Assembly: GCA_951406725.2 (NCBI GenBank)
Contig: OX597832.1
Coordinates: forward strand, 65,658,001-65,722,000
From: Octopus vulgaris
Taxonomy: Eukaryota
Direction of reading: 5' to 3'
Length of the DNA stretch: 64,000 bases
The notes below the pieces were generated by a model. It was given only the letters and a program-made list of their open reading frames with translations. It was not told where the DNA came from and did not search any database. The position numbers and the translations under genes were made by a program. Positions 44,795 through 57,960 of this stretch are shown one piece after another (the stretch's first letter is position 1; each line of letters opens with the position of its first letter).

Positions 44795-46069
44795 CGAGGG
44801 GCGTTCAATAAGTAATGCCTCTGACCCACTTCCCATAGAAGTAGAGCAACAAAACTTGGCACAGTTATTAGTCTTTTTCTACATAGAAACCACCCAGAGT
44901 TACGCATTTCTACCATCGTTTGATGCAGCTCTGGAGACCGTTTTTGTAGAAGACCCCAGCTCGGTCCTCCAAGCACGACGTCACGTCAGAAATCAAGGCT
45001 GCATCATCTGGGAAACGCTTCCTTTCCAAAATAACTTCATGGCTGGGAAGAGGTGAAACTTCGAGGGTGCAAGGTCAAGAGAGTAGGGGCATGGGGGAGG
45101 AGATTATAGCCGCACGCCTGTGCTTTTGATCTGGCGACCATCGAGTTGTGGACCGGAGTGTTGTCCTGCAGGAGGAAGATGCCTTTGCTGATCTTGCCCC
45201 GCCTCTTGATTTTGATAGCTTCTCTTAATTTCATCAAAAGTGAAGCATAATAGGCTCCTGTAATTGTGGTACCCTTTGCCAGGAAATATGTCATCACTAC
45301 TCCGTCCTGGTCACAGAAGACTATGAGCATGACCTTGCTAGTGGAGGGCTGCACCCTTGCCTTCTTTGGAGGTGTGTCACGGTGCTTCCACTGCATTGAC
45401 TCGGCTTTTGTCTCTGGATCATAGTGATGGACCCAGGTTTTATCCTATGTAATCAGTCTTTTGAAAAATGTTGACTCATCTTCTTGGCACATCTCCAAAT
45501 TCATCCTCGAGCACTCGACGCATTCTTGCTTCCGGAAAGGTGTGAGCAACCTGGGAATCCATCTGGCAGACACCTTTTGCATATGCAAATGGTCATGAAT
45601 GATTGGTTTCCACAGACCCGGTACTAATTTTGACCTCATGGGCTATTTGCCGAATAGTTATGCGTCGATCTTCCAAAATGGCAGCCTCAACTTGATGGAC
45701 AGATACCTCATCAATAGCAGTAGGGGGCGACCAGATCTGGGAGCTGTTTCCACAGAGTTAAGACCATGTTTGAATTCACAATGCCAGCGTTTTACAAGGT
45801 CATATGATGGGGCATCATCACCATAAGTTACTTTCATTTCATCAAAAGTCTCCCGTGGTGTGCGTCCTTTCAAATATAAAAACCGGATCACTGCCCGACA
45901 CTGAACAGGCTCCATTTCACACTTGACACAGTTCAAACACCTGTAAATCAGTTCAGAGCTATAATTTACCACTTTATCTATAGAGATATAGATAATTACA
46001 CATGCGAAATTTCAGCTAGATCAAACAACAGCAAGTGGGTCAGAGGCATTACTTATTGAACGCCCCTCG
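44795..46069 (-). mobile_element. Full-length mariner DNA transposon (Hsmar2/irritans-like ends), transposase frameshifted
   Basis: Perfect TIRs CGAGGGGCGTTCAATAAGTAATGCCTCTGACCCACTT, TA on both sides, 1275 bp; MEPVQCRAVIRFLY, RSGRP, WIPRLL, DKTWVH, QDN, YSLDLAPS. Confidence 0.96.
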
Positions 46070-46240
46070 TATCTATCTATATATATATATAAATGTATAT
46101 AAATATATAAATGTATATATGTATAAGTTTCAACCTTTATAAACAAGGAGTTACAACATCTTTACTTGTGAGATTTGTGCTGCCCTGGTAACTATTCATT
46201 CATTTATCCGTGTTAATTGTTAACAAGGTAAAATACACTC

Positions 46241-46301
<61 letters not shown>

Positions 46302-46856
46302 TTCCATAAATTATTATATATATTCATATATATATATAATTCATACACACACACATACACACACACACATACACACACACACACACTTCTATATATATAT
46401 GTTTGTGATTTTGCATATATATGTATATGTAGGTGTTCATTCGTGATGTAGGAACACCACTGAAATTTCTCTGTGCATGTGTGCATGATACCAAGTGAAA
46501 AAAGCCAATTGTTAAAGGAAAATGTAATGAAAAAGATGAAGATAGAAATATATTTACAGTTATAACTTAGCAAATTTTATTTTTTACCTGTCTGGAATAA
46601 CATTGCTTACCTATCACGTGTTCTTGGGATGGGTACTGCTGTACTGTAGCTTTGTTAGTTTTTCTCGAAAATAGCGTTGCGGCGACCAAAGAACTGTGAG
46701 TGAATATGGTTGACTGAGACTGCTTTGAAACCCGTAGAAGATAAGTATTATGAAAAGATACGCATTTATTTATATATCTATATACACCAGGCCAGTCGAG
46801 AGTCCACCGAGCGTCGAAATAATACATTCCATGTGGATGTCTTCTTGTTATGTTTT

Positions 46857-49180
46857 TGATTGATTCTAGTTTCAGCTCACGAGCTGTGGCCATGCTGGGG
46901 CACCGCCATTTGGTGTTGCTACATGGTTTTACTTCACGAATGCTTTTTAGCAACTGCCATTTGGTGCATGAGAGAGTTCGATGCAGCTGCCCTCATCAGC
47001 ACCTTCTGCCGTGAAGTTGGTTCATCTGGGATACCTGACAAAAAGAGATCCAGTTTCATTTTAAAGACATCTGCATCCACCCCATACAGGTCTCTTAGGT
47101 TCTTTGGGAGGATATTGAAGAGCTGTGGGCCTCGGTAGCCCAGGCTATCATAGTATCTTGTCCTACATCTTGATGGCAAATTTGGAGTCCTAGGCACCAC
47201 GCAGTTGCGCCCAGTTCTGGTATTTGTGTAACTCTCGATGCCAAAGTTTGGGACAAGTCCTTCCAGGATCTTCCAGATGTATATTATGGCATATCTGTCT
47301 CGCCTACGCTCCAAGGAATAGAGTTTTAATCTCTTGAGTCTTTCCCAGTAGCTTATATTCTGCACAAAGGCTATCTTCTTCGTGTAGCTACGTTGGATCG
47401 CCTCAAGTTCTGTGATCAACTTGACACTGGATGGTGACCATAGCTGAGAGCAATAGTCAAAGTGGCTTAGGACAAGTGTCCTCCAGAGGACCATCATGGT
47501 TTCTTGTTCTCTTGTTTTAAAGGTTCTGAGAATCCATCCGGCCAGTCGTCTACATTTCATTGCCAATTTAGCAACATGTACACGAAAGGTTGCGTCATCA
47601 CTCATGTAAATACCCAGGTCACGCACTGATTGTGCCTCTGGGATTGCAATTCCTCCGGGTCCAGTGTACTCATTGGGTATTGCATTTAGTTTTGCATGCT
47701 GATAGCATAAAGCTTGAAACTTTTCAGCATTGAACTGCATGCTATTTTTTTCAGCCCACTTGTATATTTTGTCCAGCTCACATTGCAGGCGTTTAGTGTC
47801 CTCAGGGTTCTGTATTGCCTGTGAAACTTTTGTATCATCTGCATAACTTGTGATCGTGGCTCTCAGCGTGGCTGAGGGCATGTCTGAGAGGGCCATTATG
47901 AACAGTAGTGGACCCAAAAGAGTGCCCTGCGGAACACCGCTCACTATTTGCGTGTTAATGGAAGTGGCCCCATTGGCTACTACCACCTGACTTCTATCTT
48001 TCAGAAAGTCATGAAGCCATTCTCCCAGTTTTCCAACTATGCTAAGGTCACGCAGTTTGTGACATATCATTCCATGATCGACTTTATCAAAGGCCTTTGC
48101 AAAGTCGAGATATATCACTTCCACATTTGAGTGGTTGAGCAGTCGTTTCAGCACCCAGTCATAGTGTTGTAGGAGCTGAGTTAAGCAGCTTCTTCCTGGT
48201 CGGAAACCATGTTGGGTGTCAGGCAGAAAGTAATTTTCTTCAAGGAAGGTGATCAGTTTCCTTCCGACTATTCGTTTCATGACCTTGCTGATGTGTGAGT
48301 TCAGAGAGATAGGTCTGTAGTTCTTGGCCTCCGCTCTGCTACCTCCTTTATGAATAGGGCATATTTTACCTTCCTTCAGTTTTCTTGGAAGTTTGCCAGC
48401 TGCAAGGAAGCTCTGAAAGAGGAACTGCAGTGGTCTTGCTAGGACTCTTTACATACTTTTAGGAGGATTGCCGGGAATCCATCGGGGCCAGTAGCTGAGT
48501 CTGTTTTCATTTCATCTATAGCCTTTATTACATCGTCTTCCTTTATATAGATGTAATCTATCGTCTCCGCCTCTGATTTTATATCTGCAGTGGTAAAGAA
48601 GTCAGTTGGATTGGTGATTTGGAAATGCCCAAGGGGTGGAATGAAAACACTCTTGAATTGCTCATTCAGTATTTCACTTACCCTCATTGGTTTTCCTGTG
48701 AGTGTGCCATCTTTTTCAATGAGTGGCCCTATCCTACAGTGCACCGTAGCTGTTTCTTTGGCATACCTGTTGAAAGCTCTGGGGTTAGATTTTATGTTGT
48801 CTATAGCCCAGGCTTCTTTGTCTGCTCTTTCCTTTTCATGGAAGAGTTGCAGACATTTTTCAATTTCCAACAGTTTTATTTTCAGGCGGGACTTTTCACT
48901 GCTTTCAATTTGTTTGCTTGGGCGATTTGAAATTTTTGTACGCCGTCTCATTAAAATTGTCCTCCCTCTGGGGATTTTGTTCTTGTGTACAGTGGCCTTT
49001 CTCTCTGGGACACATTTGTAGCATATGGCTTGCATTACAGACATGAATTGTTGAAGTTTCACGTCGATGTCTGGCGAGGAGAGACATTCAGGCCAGTTTT
49101 GTTTGAGGATCTCTTTCTCAATTTGTTTCCAGTGTGCCTTATGGAAGCTCAAGCTGGAAAGATTCTGAGGGTTTCTTGTA
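46857..49180 (-). mobile_element. CR1/L2-type LINE, 5'-truncated (~2.3 kb), (AATC)n tail
   Basis: ORFs 48439..49152 and 46934..48280 joined by one frameshift near 48450; NYRPISL between them. Confidence 0.95.
46934..48280 (-). CDS. LINE ORF2 reverse transcriptase domain (partial; frame open up to ~48440)
   Basis: QHGFRPGRSC, LDFAKAFDKVDH, SGVPQGTLLGPLLF, YADD, RDLGI, LERRR. Confidence 0.9.
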   Translation of the reverse strand: MKRIVGRKLITFLEENYFLPDTQHGFRPGRSCLTQLLQHYDWVLKRLLNHSNVEVIYLDFAKAFDKVDHGMICHKLRDLSIVGKLGEWLHDFLKDRSQVVVANGATSINTQIVSGVPQGTLLGPLLFIMALSDMPSATLRATITSYADDTKVSQAIQNPEDTKRLQCELDKIYKWAEKNSMQFNAEKFQALCYQHAKLNAIPNEYTGPGGIAIPEAQSVRDLGIYMSDDATFRVHVAKLAMKCRRLAGWILRTFKTREQETMMVLWRTLVLSHFDYCSQLWSPSSVKLITELEAIQRSYTKKIAFVQNISYWERLKRLKLYSLERRRDRYAIIYIWKILEGLVPNFGIESYTNTRTGRNCVVPRTPNLPSRCRTRYYDSLGYRGPQLFNILPKNLRDLYGVDADVFKMKLDLFLSGIPDEPTSRQKVLMRAAASNSLMHQMAVAKKHS

Positions 49181-49582
49181 GGCTGTTATTAATAAATTTC
49201 CTTTATTTATTTTACAATATATCTATATACATATATAAAGAAATGCGCATACAAATCATAGTGCGTGGTTTGCAAGAGTGAGTGGATATGTTTGTGTGCG
49301 TGTACGTGTGTGTATGTGTGCAAGGTTTGTGCTTCCTGGCCGACTGCCTTAAGTCATAAAATAATGTGTAAGGTAGATTTATACACACAAGTGTGTTCAT
49401 GACACACTTCCCCTGACCCATTTTCGTTTAATGCAGGAAACGGAACTTGTACACCTATAATAGTCCATGTTTTTATAAGTCAATTGTAACTTGCAGATTT
49501 CCACTAGTATTCATTTCTCTTCTATTCATTTATCTTGTATTAATTTGTCTTCTACGGCTGCTGAAGTGGACTACGGTTTTAT

Positions 49583-50621
49583 AATGAATACATTTGAACG
49601 TAGATCAGTGATCAGAATCTTATATTTGAAAGTTCGTACATCAAAGGAGACTCTCGATGAGATGTAAGCAGTTGATGGTGTAGAATGCATCAAATATGGC
49701 GTAGTCAAACACAAGCATCGCCAGTTCAATGTGGTCGGACATCGGTGGAAACGGCTTCTATTCCTGGACGACCACTTTCCGCCATACATAACGACACTAT
49801 CCATAAAGCGGAAGGTGACATTTTGGAGGATCGCCGAATAACTATTCGGCAACTGGCAACAAGAAATGAAGATAAGTGTAGGGTCCGTGGAAAAAAATCA
49901 TTCACAGCCTTTTGCACATGCGGAGGTTGTCAACATGACGGATGGCCATTTCAGAAGCAGAATGAGTCGATTGATCACAGGTTCTTTTGGCAACGTGCCA
50001 AGAAAACGAAGTAGACATTTTTTTGTATATATACATGCACACATACGCACATACAGAGGATGAAATATGAGTCCATCACTATCATCCTGAAACTAAAGTC
50101 CAATCAAAGCAATGGAAGCCTTTTAAGTAGCCACCTCCAAAGAAGGCTTGTCTCCAACCCTCACCAGGGAAGTTGATGCTCACTGTCTTTTGGGATCAGA
50201 TTGGAGTACTGATGATGGATTTTCTGGAAAAGGGCACCACAAAAAATGGTGTATATTATGCTTCTCTACTGTGGAAAATTTGGGACGGCATCAAAGCATG
50301 CTGACTAAAATAGTCTGCCTCCTCGAAGACACCACCCTAGTTCACAATGCGCATGTTGCTCAGATCAAATCAAACTCCTCTGGCTAGGAAATTCTTCCTC
50401 AACTCAAGGGGAAGCACTTTTCGGATGATGAACTTATTCCCGACGTAAAGTCTTGCCTCTTGACGCAACCTACATACTTCTACTGACGGGATCTTCACAT
50501 GTGCAAAAGAGCGATGGGAGGAGTGTGTCACCTTTGTAGAAGGACTAATAATTAGACCAAGTTTCCTTTATCCCACTCCTTGGGAAGTGGGTAAGAGGAA
50601 ATTTTTAATGAACACCCCTCG
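49583..50621 (+). mobile_element. Degenerate mariner related to 44795-46069
   Basis: MNTFERRSVIRILYLK, ILEDRRITIRQLA, right end AATGAACACCCCTCG-TA; left TIR not recognised. Confidence 0.8.
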
Positions 50622-50728
50622 TATACACACACCCACACATCTTATACTGGTCGAAAGCGGTAAAGATAAAGGTAATGAAATTCTAATTCACAGATATTAC
50701 TGTACGTTGATTTCTATCTTACATTTCA

Positions 50729-50790
50729 TGATTGATTGATTGATTCTAGTTTCAGCTTATGAGCTGTGGCCATGCTGGGGCACCGCCATT
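50729..50790 (-). mobile_element. ~60 bp LINE 3' stub with (AATC)n tail
   Basis: Matches 40716-40776 and 46857-46910. Confidence 0.85.
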
Positions 50791-52784
50791 GCGGAACCCT
50801 TAGTCAAATTTTAGTTAAACCCGTCAAAATATCGTGTAGTTTACCCGGAAACCGGTACATAAACCTAATTTCACGCTATAGAATGAGCGAAAATCTTACA
50901 ATGTCTCGCGTGCACGTAAGACTATCGAAGATAACTTTCGAGCAGATAGTAATGGCCCGTTTTAAGGACCGGAACCCCAGTTCTCATTAAAGTATTTGCC
51001 TAGCAACAGAAAACTGTTTTATCGTAAAAATCCATTGCGCAGTTTATGCTCGACGACGTGAATGCTCGACGAACGGGTGGATGTGAGAATTATTTGAAAT
51101 ATTGACTGCAATTCTGTTTACGGTTTATGATCTATTGTCGACATCACGCACATTATCTTCTCATCATCACGAACAGAAAACACACGTATGGGAAGAAGGA
51201 ATATGTGTGACAGGTAAAATCTGTTCTTTCTCTAGATACTTTATTATCATACATGCCATGCTAGAAGTTGCGTTTCACCGATCAATAGCTCGACTACAAT
51301 CTACGAAGAGCCATCGGTATCAACTTAAATGTGGTCTGTTGACACGAGCTAACTTACAGCTTAAATTCACATTCGCATACATTCATACATACATGCAAAC
51401 ATATATTCGTACGTACGTAGATACATATATACATACAAACGTACGAGCATACACACATACATACACACATACATACACACATAATAACTAGAGACCCACT
51501 AGCGGAATATACACGCTCTTTGACAGAAAGGAACACAGAAATAAACAGTGAGAGAAAATAGAAAAGGTATAGTGGCTAAGGATATATCATGGCGATATAT
51601 ATATATATATATATATATTTCTACAGGCATACATGTATGTTTATATATATAGAAATCCATGCATGCCTGTGGCTCCATCTTCAAAGATGTTGTACAGCGC
51701 AATCACAGATGAATACATTTTACTCGTGAAAGTTTTGTTGAGTTTGAGAAATAGGATCGCCAAATGAAAGGATGGACACTTATGACAATTGGACACGTAT
51801 GCATTGTAATGTGAATAAACAAAAAGAAAATATAGTAACGAATATTCACAGCCGTTTGATTAGTCCTCGAATTGATGTTCAGGATCTTATATTCAATGAT
51901 ATCTCTAAAAACCCATGTGTTGTTCGCTGGAAACAATTGGAAAAATAGCCCCGACAGAGCAAATGGATAAAAAGTTATTATAGAGTTTAGAATCGTAGGA
52001 TTTTAAAAGTCTGAGAAAATAACAAGATTTATTTTGTCGAAAGCAATCGCATGTTATACATTAGACATCTCTTTAAAATCATAAGTAGTAATGTCTGTTT
52101 AGAATGCCTAACCTACCGCAACACTCCACAAAATGTTCTATATTTAGATTAAACCACTTAGAAAGAAAGATGGAATTTGGAATGACCAAATTGGCAACTT
52201 ATCAGAACAACCCTCAAGGCATGTAAGAATCTTAAATTGGGAAATCACAAATCATTTCATACTATTCATTAACTTTCTAAACGAAAAGACGCGTGACGGT
52301 ATCGGAAGAAATTTGAAACTATTCTAATATTCAATTTTATAATATACGAATCGATTGGTCGTGTTTGACGCTACATTTGGTCGCCTGTTGACTGCAAAAG
52401 CGGAAAATGAGGACGGGTACGGAGAAATTATTTTCAGAAATTACTCATGCACTTATCCAAATTTCAATTGAGTGGTTTAGTTCAGACACCGTCGCAAAGA
52501 GCTTCACGGTTTCAACTGAGTGGGGAAATATAATGAAAGCTAAATTCATGAAGAGTTAAGGACATGATCTAATCTAGGCACAGTTATGCAGGTGATAACA
52601 AGAATACGCTGGATTGTGATTTCTTTATATTTTCGTCTCGTTATTCATCCCTTCTTGTAGAGGAGAATGTGATTGTGGATTCATGGTGTGCCAGAATTGT
52701 TTTCTTTATAAGTAATCTAATTAGGTTTAAACAATGCTGAGATATTGGTGTCTAAGTTTGGGAAGTTTCTGTGGCAAATATATA

Positions 52785-53905
52785 GTAGTTTGTCCGAAAA
52801 GTTCTGAATAAGCAAAAAGGGATATATATATATATATATCAATAAATTTTATTAAATAAATTCCATTATTATTAATGACATTTGGTCATCGATAACGCAA
52901 TTTACATATTCCATCAGCGTAAAACTTGATGCATTTTGACACCATCTAAATCGTTAAATTTTTTCCCCTTGCAATGAGTTCTATGGAGACAAAAACAAGT
53001 GGTAGTGGGAAGGCACAATATCAGGAGAATATGATGAATGGTGTAAGAGATCCCAGCCACGTTCATCTAACTTTGCTGGGGTAGCCAAAGACACATGTAG
53101 TTGGGCATTGTATTGTTGGAACACTACCAAGTCCCTGTTGGCAATCTCTGGTCTGAATTCTTTGATATTTCGGTTCAAATTAGCCAGCAGACGACAGTAC
53201 ACATCAGAATTAATGGTATGGTTTAGTGGGAGGAGCTCATACTAAAACAAGCCATATCTTTCTTGGCATAGATATTCGTCTTTGGTTACTGTTTGGGGGG
53301 GATCCTTACGCAAACTCCAGGAGCTTTTTAGCACTGAGTTTTCGTGCATAATCTATCTTTCATTTCCAGTCGCAAGTTGTTTCAAAAAAAGAATGCTTCA
53401 TTCCGTTTCAAAAGCTTATCACAAACGGAATACAGGTCCAAGCAATTCTTTTCTAAGGGTCTGTGAGAGCCCCATACACTATAGCGAGAAATGTATCCTA
53501 CCTTTACAAGTTGTTCATGAACCGTACATTTAGAAACTTCCAACTCCTCTGCAACTTCTTCAGTCGTGATATTTGTGCTTTCTTCAATTTTTTGCTTTCA
53601 ATACAGTTGATTTACAACATCGTCACCATAATCTTCACAAATGTTTTTACAAGACTTTGAGGCATATTCTGTCTTTTTAAAAAAGGAAATCATTAAAATG
53701 AGAATATGAAAGTTTTGGTTATCATTTCATATGTCAAAGAAGGGTAACCGGAATGAAGGATGAATCTGTTACTAGTCAGGAACAAATTCGAAATGGACTA
53801 CCACTTCAAGCAACGACAAAATTTTAGCTGTTACGTTTCAGGTGTGTTCAATGAGGCGTTAAACGGTTTAGCTTAAACATGCTCAAAACTTTCTGGACAA
53901 ACTAA
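52785..53905 (-). mobile_element. Degenerate mariner (different family)
   Basis: Imperfect TIRs TAGTTTGTCC..AAAGTT.TGA with TA flanks; VVFQQYNAQLH, HSSYSPDIVPSHYHLF. Confidence 0.85.
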
Positions 53906-53964
53906 TATAATGTATGTACCTATATACATATGTACACCCACATTCATATATATAATAGCCACAT

Positions 53965-54640
53965 AAACATGGCTGTTCCGTAGGAATCGACGTTGCTACT
54001 ATATTAACTCCATGAGGACGCCTCCTCCAGCTGGTTGTTCAATGCAATCTGGACCCAGTAAATATTGCAAGTATGGGAGTGAACCCCTACCATCTTCCAG
54101 CCACGATACCACCAGACTGTACAATTTCGACATATTTGTGGTCATCTCCAGTGGTGGATACTCGCCAGCTAGTAATAGCAGTAGTTCTCTTCGGCGTGCA
54201 ATATATAGAAAACCAAGTGTCACACAGGCATTGATCATGCAACAAGACGATTTGCTCGTTAAAAATGTCCATAAGAATAAAGAGCTGTGGTTATACTGAG
54301 AAGTAAGGTTTATCGCTACTTAAATGTGGCTGTTCTGTGGCAACCGACGTTACTGCAATTTGTAACCTCAGGAGGAAGCTTCCTCTAGCTGGTTATTCGA
54401 TGCCAAAAAAGTGTTGTAAGATCAGTGACTATGTGTCACTTGGTTGTCTGAATGTTACAAGCTAGAATAAACTACTGCTATCAGTAGCGAGCGAGTATCT
54501 ACTACGGAGCATGACCACAAAGATGGCGAAACCGTAAAATATGGTGGTCCACACTTCTGCTTGCAATATATATCGCAATATTTGAATAACCAGCTGGTAG
54601 AAGAGTCCTCCTGCGGTTCAAGACTAGTCGACTAGGTTCT
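53965..54640. repeat. Three diverged copies of an unclassified repeat (two direct, one inverted)
   Basis: 53965-54045 similar to 54321-54403; 54471-54548 is the reverse complement of ~54107-54186; 54586-54619 reverse complement of ~54364-54398. Confidence 0.7.
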
Positions 54641-55045
54641 ATCTTGTACCGCTGTTATTGAATTCATAGGTAGACTTCCACGTCTGTTATGCGTATTATA
54701 ATAGCTTCTTCGGAGCATGTTTACTTAGAACTTCAATGTATGATATTCATCAAAAATATCTTTTCCTACTGCTTTGCTGTGCTGCATTGTATAGAAATAC
54801 ACACACATATATATATGCACGCACACACGCATGCACACACGCATCTATATACATACATACGTATATACAGACACATATACATGCACATATATATATATAT
54901 ATATATTCATATATACATGTTTACAGACACACACATATATAACGTTGTTTACACACCCGCCTTCGTCTTTTGATTTGTTTCCTCTTTTTGGTAAATTCCA
55001 ACTATATATATGTGCATGAATATACATATACATGCACACACACGC

Positions 55046-55300
55046 GGGCGCAGACATGGCTGTGCGTTAAGAAACTTGCTTCCCACATGGTTCCAGCGTT
55101 TAGTCTCAGTGCGTGGCACTTTGGGCAAATGTCTACTATTATAGCCTCGGCCTGACCAAAGCCTTGTGAATGGTTTAGCTAGACGGAAACTGAAAGAAGC
55201 CCGATAGAATAAGTACTAGGCTTACAAAGAATAAGTCCCCGTGTCGATTTCTTCGACTAAAAGGTGGTGCGATAGAATGGCCGCAGTGAAATAACAAACA
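55046..55300 (+). mobile_element. SINE family 2, diverged, internally deleted
   Basis: Head and tail match 34885-35343; middle missing between GAAGCCC and GATAGAATAAGTAC. Confidence 0.82.
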
Positions 55301-55756
55301 TATGAAATAATACAAGAATACGTTGGTTATACGTGAGCATTGTGATTCAACTATTTTACAAATTGATTCCTCCATATACATGATTATTGATTCAGTCTCT
55401 CACAGACACATGAACAAGGAATTCTAAGAAAGAATGAGATGGTACCTTTTAAATAAGAATTACATTATAACTGCCAATGTTCTGCGGTGTTTTTCATTTC
55501 TTCTTTTTACCTAAAATATACATTTCAAACCAAGGTTTCATTTAATTCTGTTTCTACAGGAAGCCATGCTGGTGGATCGAACCCGGGAACTCATAGCTTT
55601 GAGAACAATCCCTCAGAAGATCGTAATGTCGTGAGACTGGTTTTGCGTTATAGTTCAACATGAAAAAAATATATAATCTTTAGAACTAGCATAACACACT
55701 CATCTCTCATTTGTTCCTTTATATTCACTTTTGATACATGTAAAGTTATGTAGATA

Positions 55757-55992
55757 CTTATTTTTATTACTACCCACAAGGGGCTAAACACAGAGGGGAC
55801 AAACAAGGACAGACAAACGGATTAAGTCGATTACATCGACCCCAGTGGGTAACTGGTACTTAATATATCGACCCCGAAAGAATGAAAGGCAAAGTCGACC
55901 TCGGCGGAATTTGAACTCAGAACGTAATGGTAGACTTAATACGGCTACGCCTTTCGCCCGGCGTGCAAACGTTTCTACCAGTTCACCGCCTT
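55757..55992 (-). mobile_element. SINE family 1, full length, alternative tail
   Basis: Head GGCGGTGAACTGGTAGAAACG, B box GAGTTCAAATTCC, core CCGAGGTCGACTTTGCCTTTCAT; tail ..GCCCCTTGTGGGTAGTAATAAAAATAAG. Confidence 0.88.
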
Positions 55993-57096
55993 ATGTAGAT
56001 ACTTACATATGTATATACAAACATGCATATACACAACCATCCTTCCATAGACCCATCAGTTCATACATACATGCATACGTGTATTTTTATATTTCTATAT
56101 ACATGTATACTTATAGATATATATTGATTTATACATATATATAGACACACACACACTGATGCACATACATATACACATACACACATGCATACACATATAT
56201 ACATGATGTTTAATTTTAACAATGCGGTAACTACACTCCATCTCTCGTTTTGTGAGGAGGCAAAAGTAATAAATATTTCATGTATGTCACGTTCCACAAC
56301 TTCCTATTTCTAAATTTTATCACATTATTTAACACACTGATATACATCATCAAGAACACCAGAAGCAGCAGCAGCAGATCGTATTGACTTTCTTCCTGAA
56401 ATTTAACAAATTGAATTTGAAATTAGAATATGTGAGGAATGTGCTAAATTATTTTCCTGTTATTAACATCGTTTAATATAATTATTAAATATATTTTGGA
56501 CATTTTAATTATTTAATGACTGTCTGTAACTATTAATAATATTTTTACTACTCTTCCGAAGTTTGTTATGGTTTTTCAGTTATATTTTTCTCAGTTATCA
56601 CGTTTATTATCTTGGTAAGAGTACACATGTTCTATACTTTTAGAGCTTTCGCCGCTGCTTTAGTTCAGTAAAGCAATCATTATGTATCTTGCATTTATTT
56701 AACATGTATTTCGTTATGCTGCTTATGAGACGTTTGTTCCTGTCTTACTTTATTGTAGCCACACTCTCTTATGCAATGTATCCAAATCAATTCATCCATT
56801 TAATTTAAAACCATACTTCATAAACTTTAGCCCTCATAATTCCCGGTTTTGTGTACTTGTGCCGGTTTTCGCACTCTTGATATTTACATTCGCAATATTT
56901 TTCACCCATTTAGAGAAATGCTGTTGCTATTTGGGGAAGAAGACAGTCTATAAGCCTAGATATTGTCTTCTAGAAAGATATTTACCTCATTTCCCGTTAT
57001 ATCAGTATGTATGTGTGCCACATTTTATGTATTGTTCATGGGTAGTTTCATTTGCATGTTACGTTCTGGTATATTCTTATACAGATATTTTATATA

Positions 57097-57960
57097 CGAG
57101 TGGTTTTCAAAAAGTATTCGACTTCATATTTTCCCTCCGAATCTAATGCCGCATGAGCAAAATCATTTAGGTGAGAGGTGAAACCATCTTTCCGGCACAT
57201 GCGTAAAAACTTTAAGGCTGGTCGACCGTGTCATTTCCCGGCTGTTACGTCTAGAGTACACACATGTAGTGCAGGCTAGTTGGATTTTCTTATTCACCAA
57301 CGCATTGAGCAGAAATATTGCATCAAGTTTTGTCAAAAACTTGGCAATACTCAAGCTCATGCCATAGATAAGATTCAGTAGAATTTTGCAGATGCTACTA
57401 TGGGCAAGTCTCAGATCAAAGTGTGGTACAACCGCTTCAAGCATAGCTGCGCCTCAGTGAAGGGCGAGGCACACTCAGGCAGGACTTCCACAAGCCGAGA
57501 TGAGGAGCCATGTTGAGAACGTTGGACAAGTATTTTATGGAAGACTATCGTATAATAATCCAGGAAATTACCCACGAATTGGGATTAAGCACAGGATCTG
57601 TGTATTCCAGTCAAATGGAGGATTTGTGCATGTGAGGAGTGTAGGCTAAAAATTAAAGTCAGACACGTTATGAATGCACCTTATAATGCTGGCTTCTGTG
57701 ATCAAGAGCAACACATTAGTTGCTCGACAGGGTCCCTAGTCTCTCAACATTGCACCGTGTGACTTCTGACTCTTGCCCAAATTGAGAAGCGCGAAGAAAG
57801 GGAAAAGATTTAAGTCGCGAGAGGAAAATGTGAGAAAAGTTACGGTGGATATCCATACCATTTCGGAGGAAGCGTTCTAGATGTGTTGCCAGCAGTAGAA
57901 GACCCGCTAGGTGATGTGTATTAACTTCCATTAGATGTGATTAAATATAATTTGTGTAAT
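57097..57960 (+). mobile_element. Degenerate, internally deleted mariner
   Basis: TA-CGAGTGGTTTTCAAAAAGT end; EQKYCIKFCQKLG, QIKVWYNRFK, HSGRTSTS, IIIQEITHELGLSTGSV, IAPCDF; right boundary uncertain. Confidence 0.75.
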
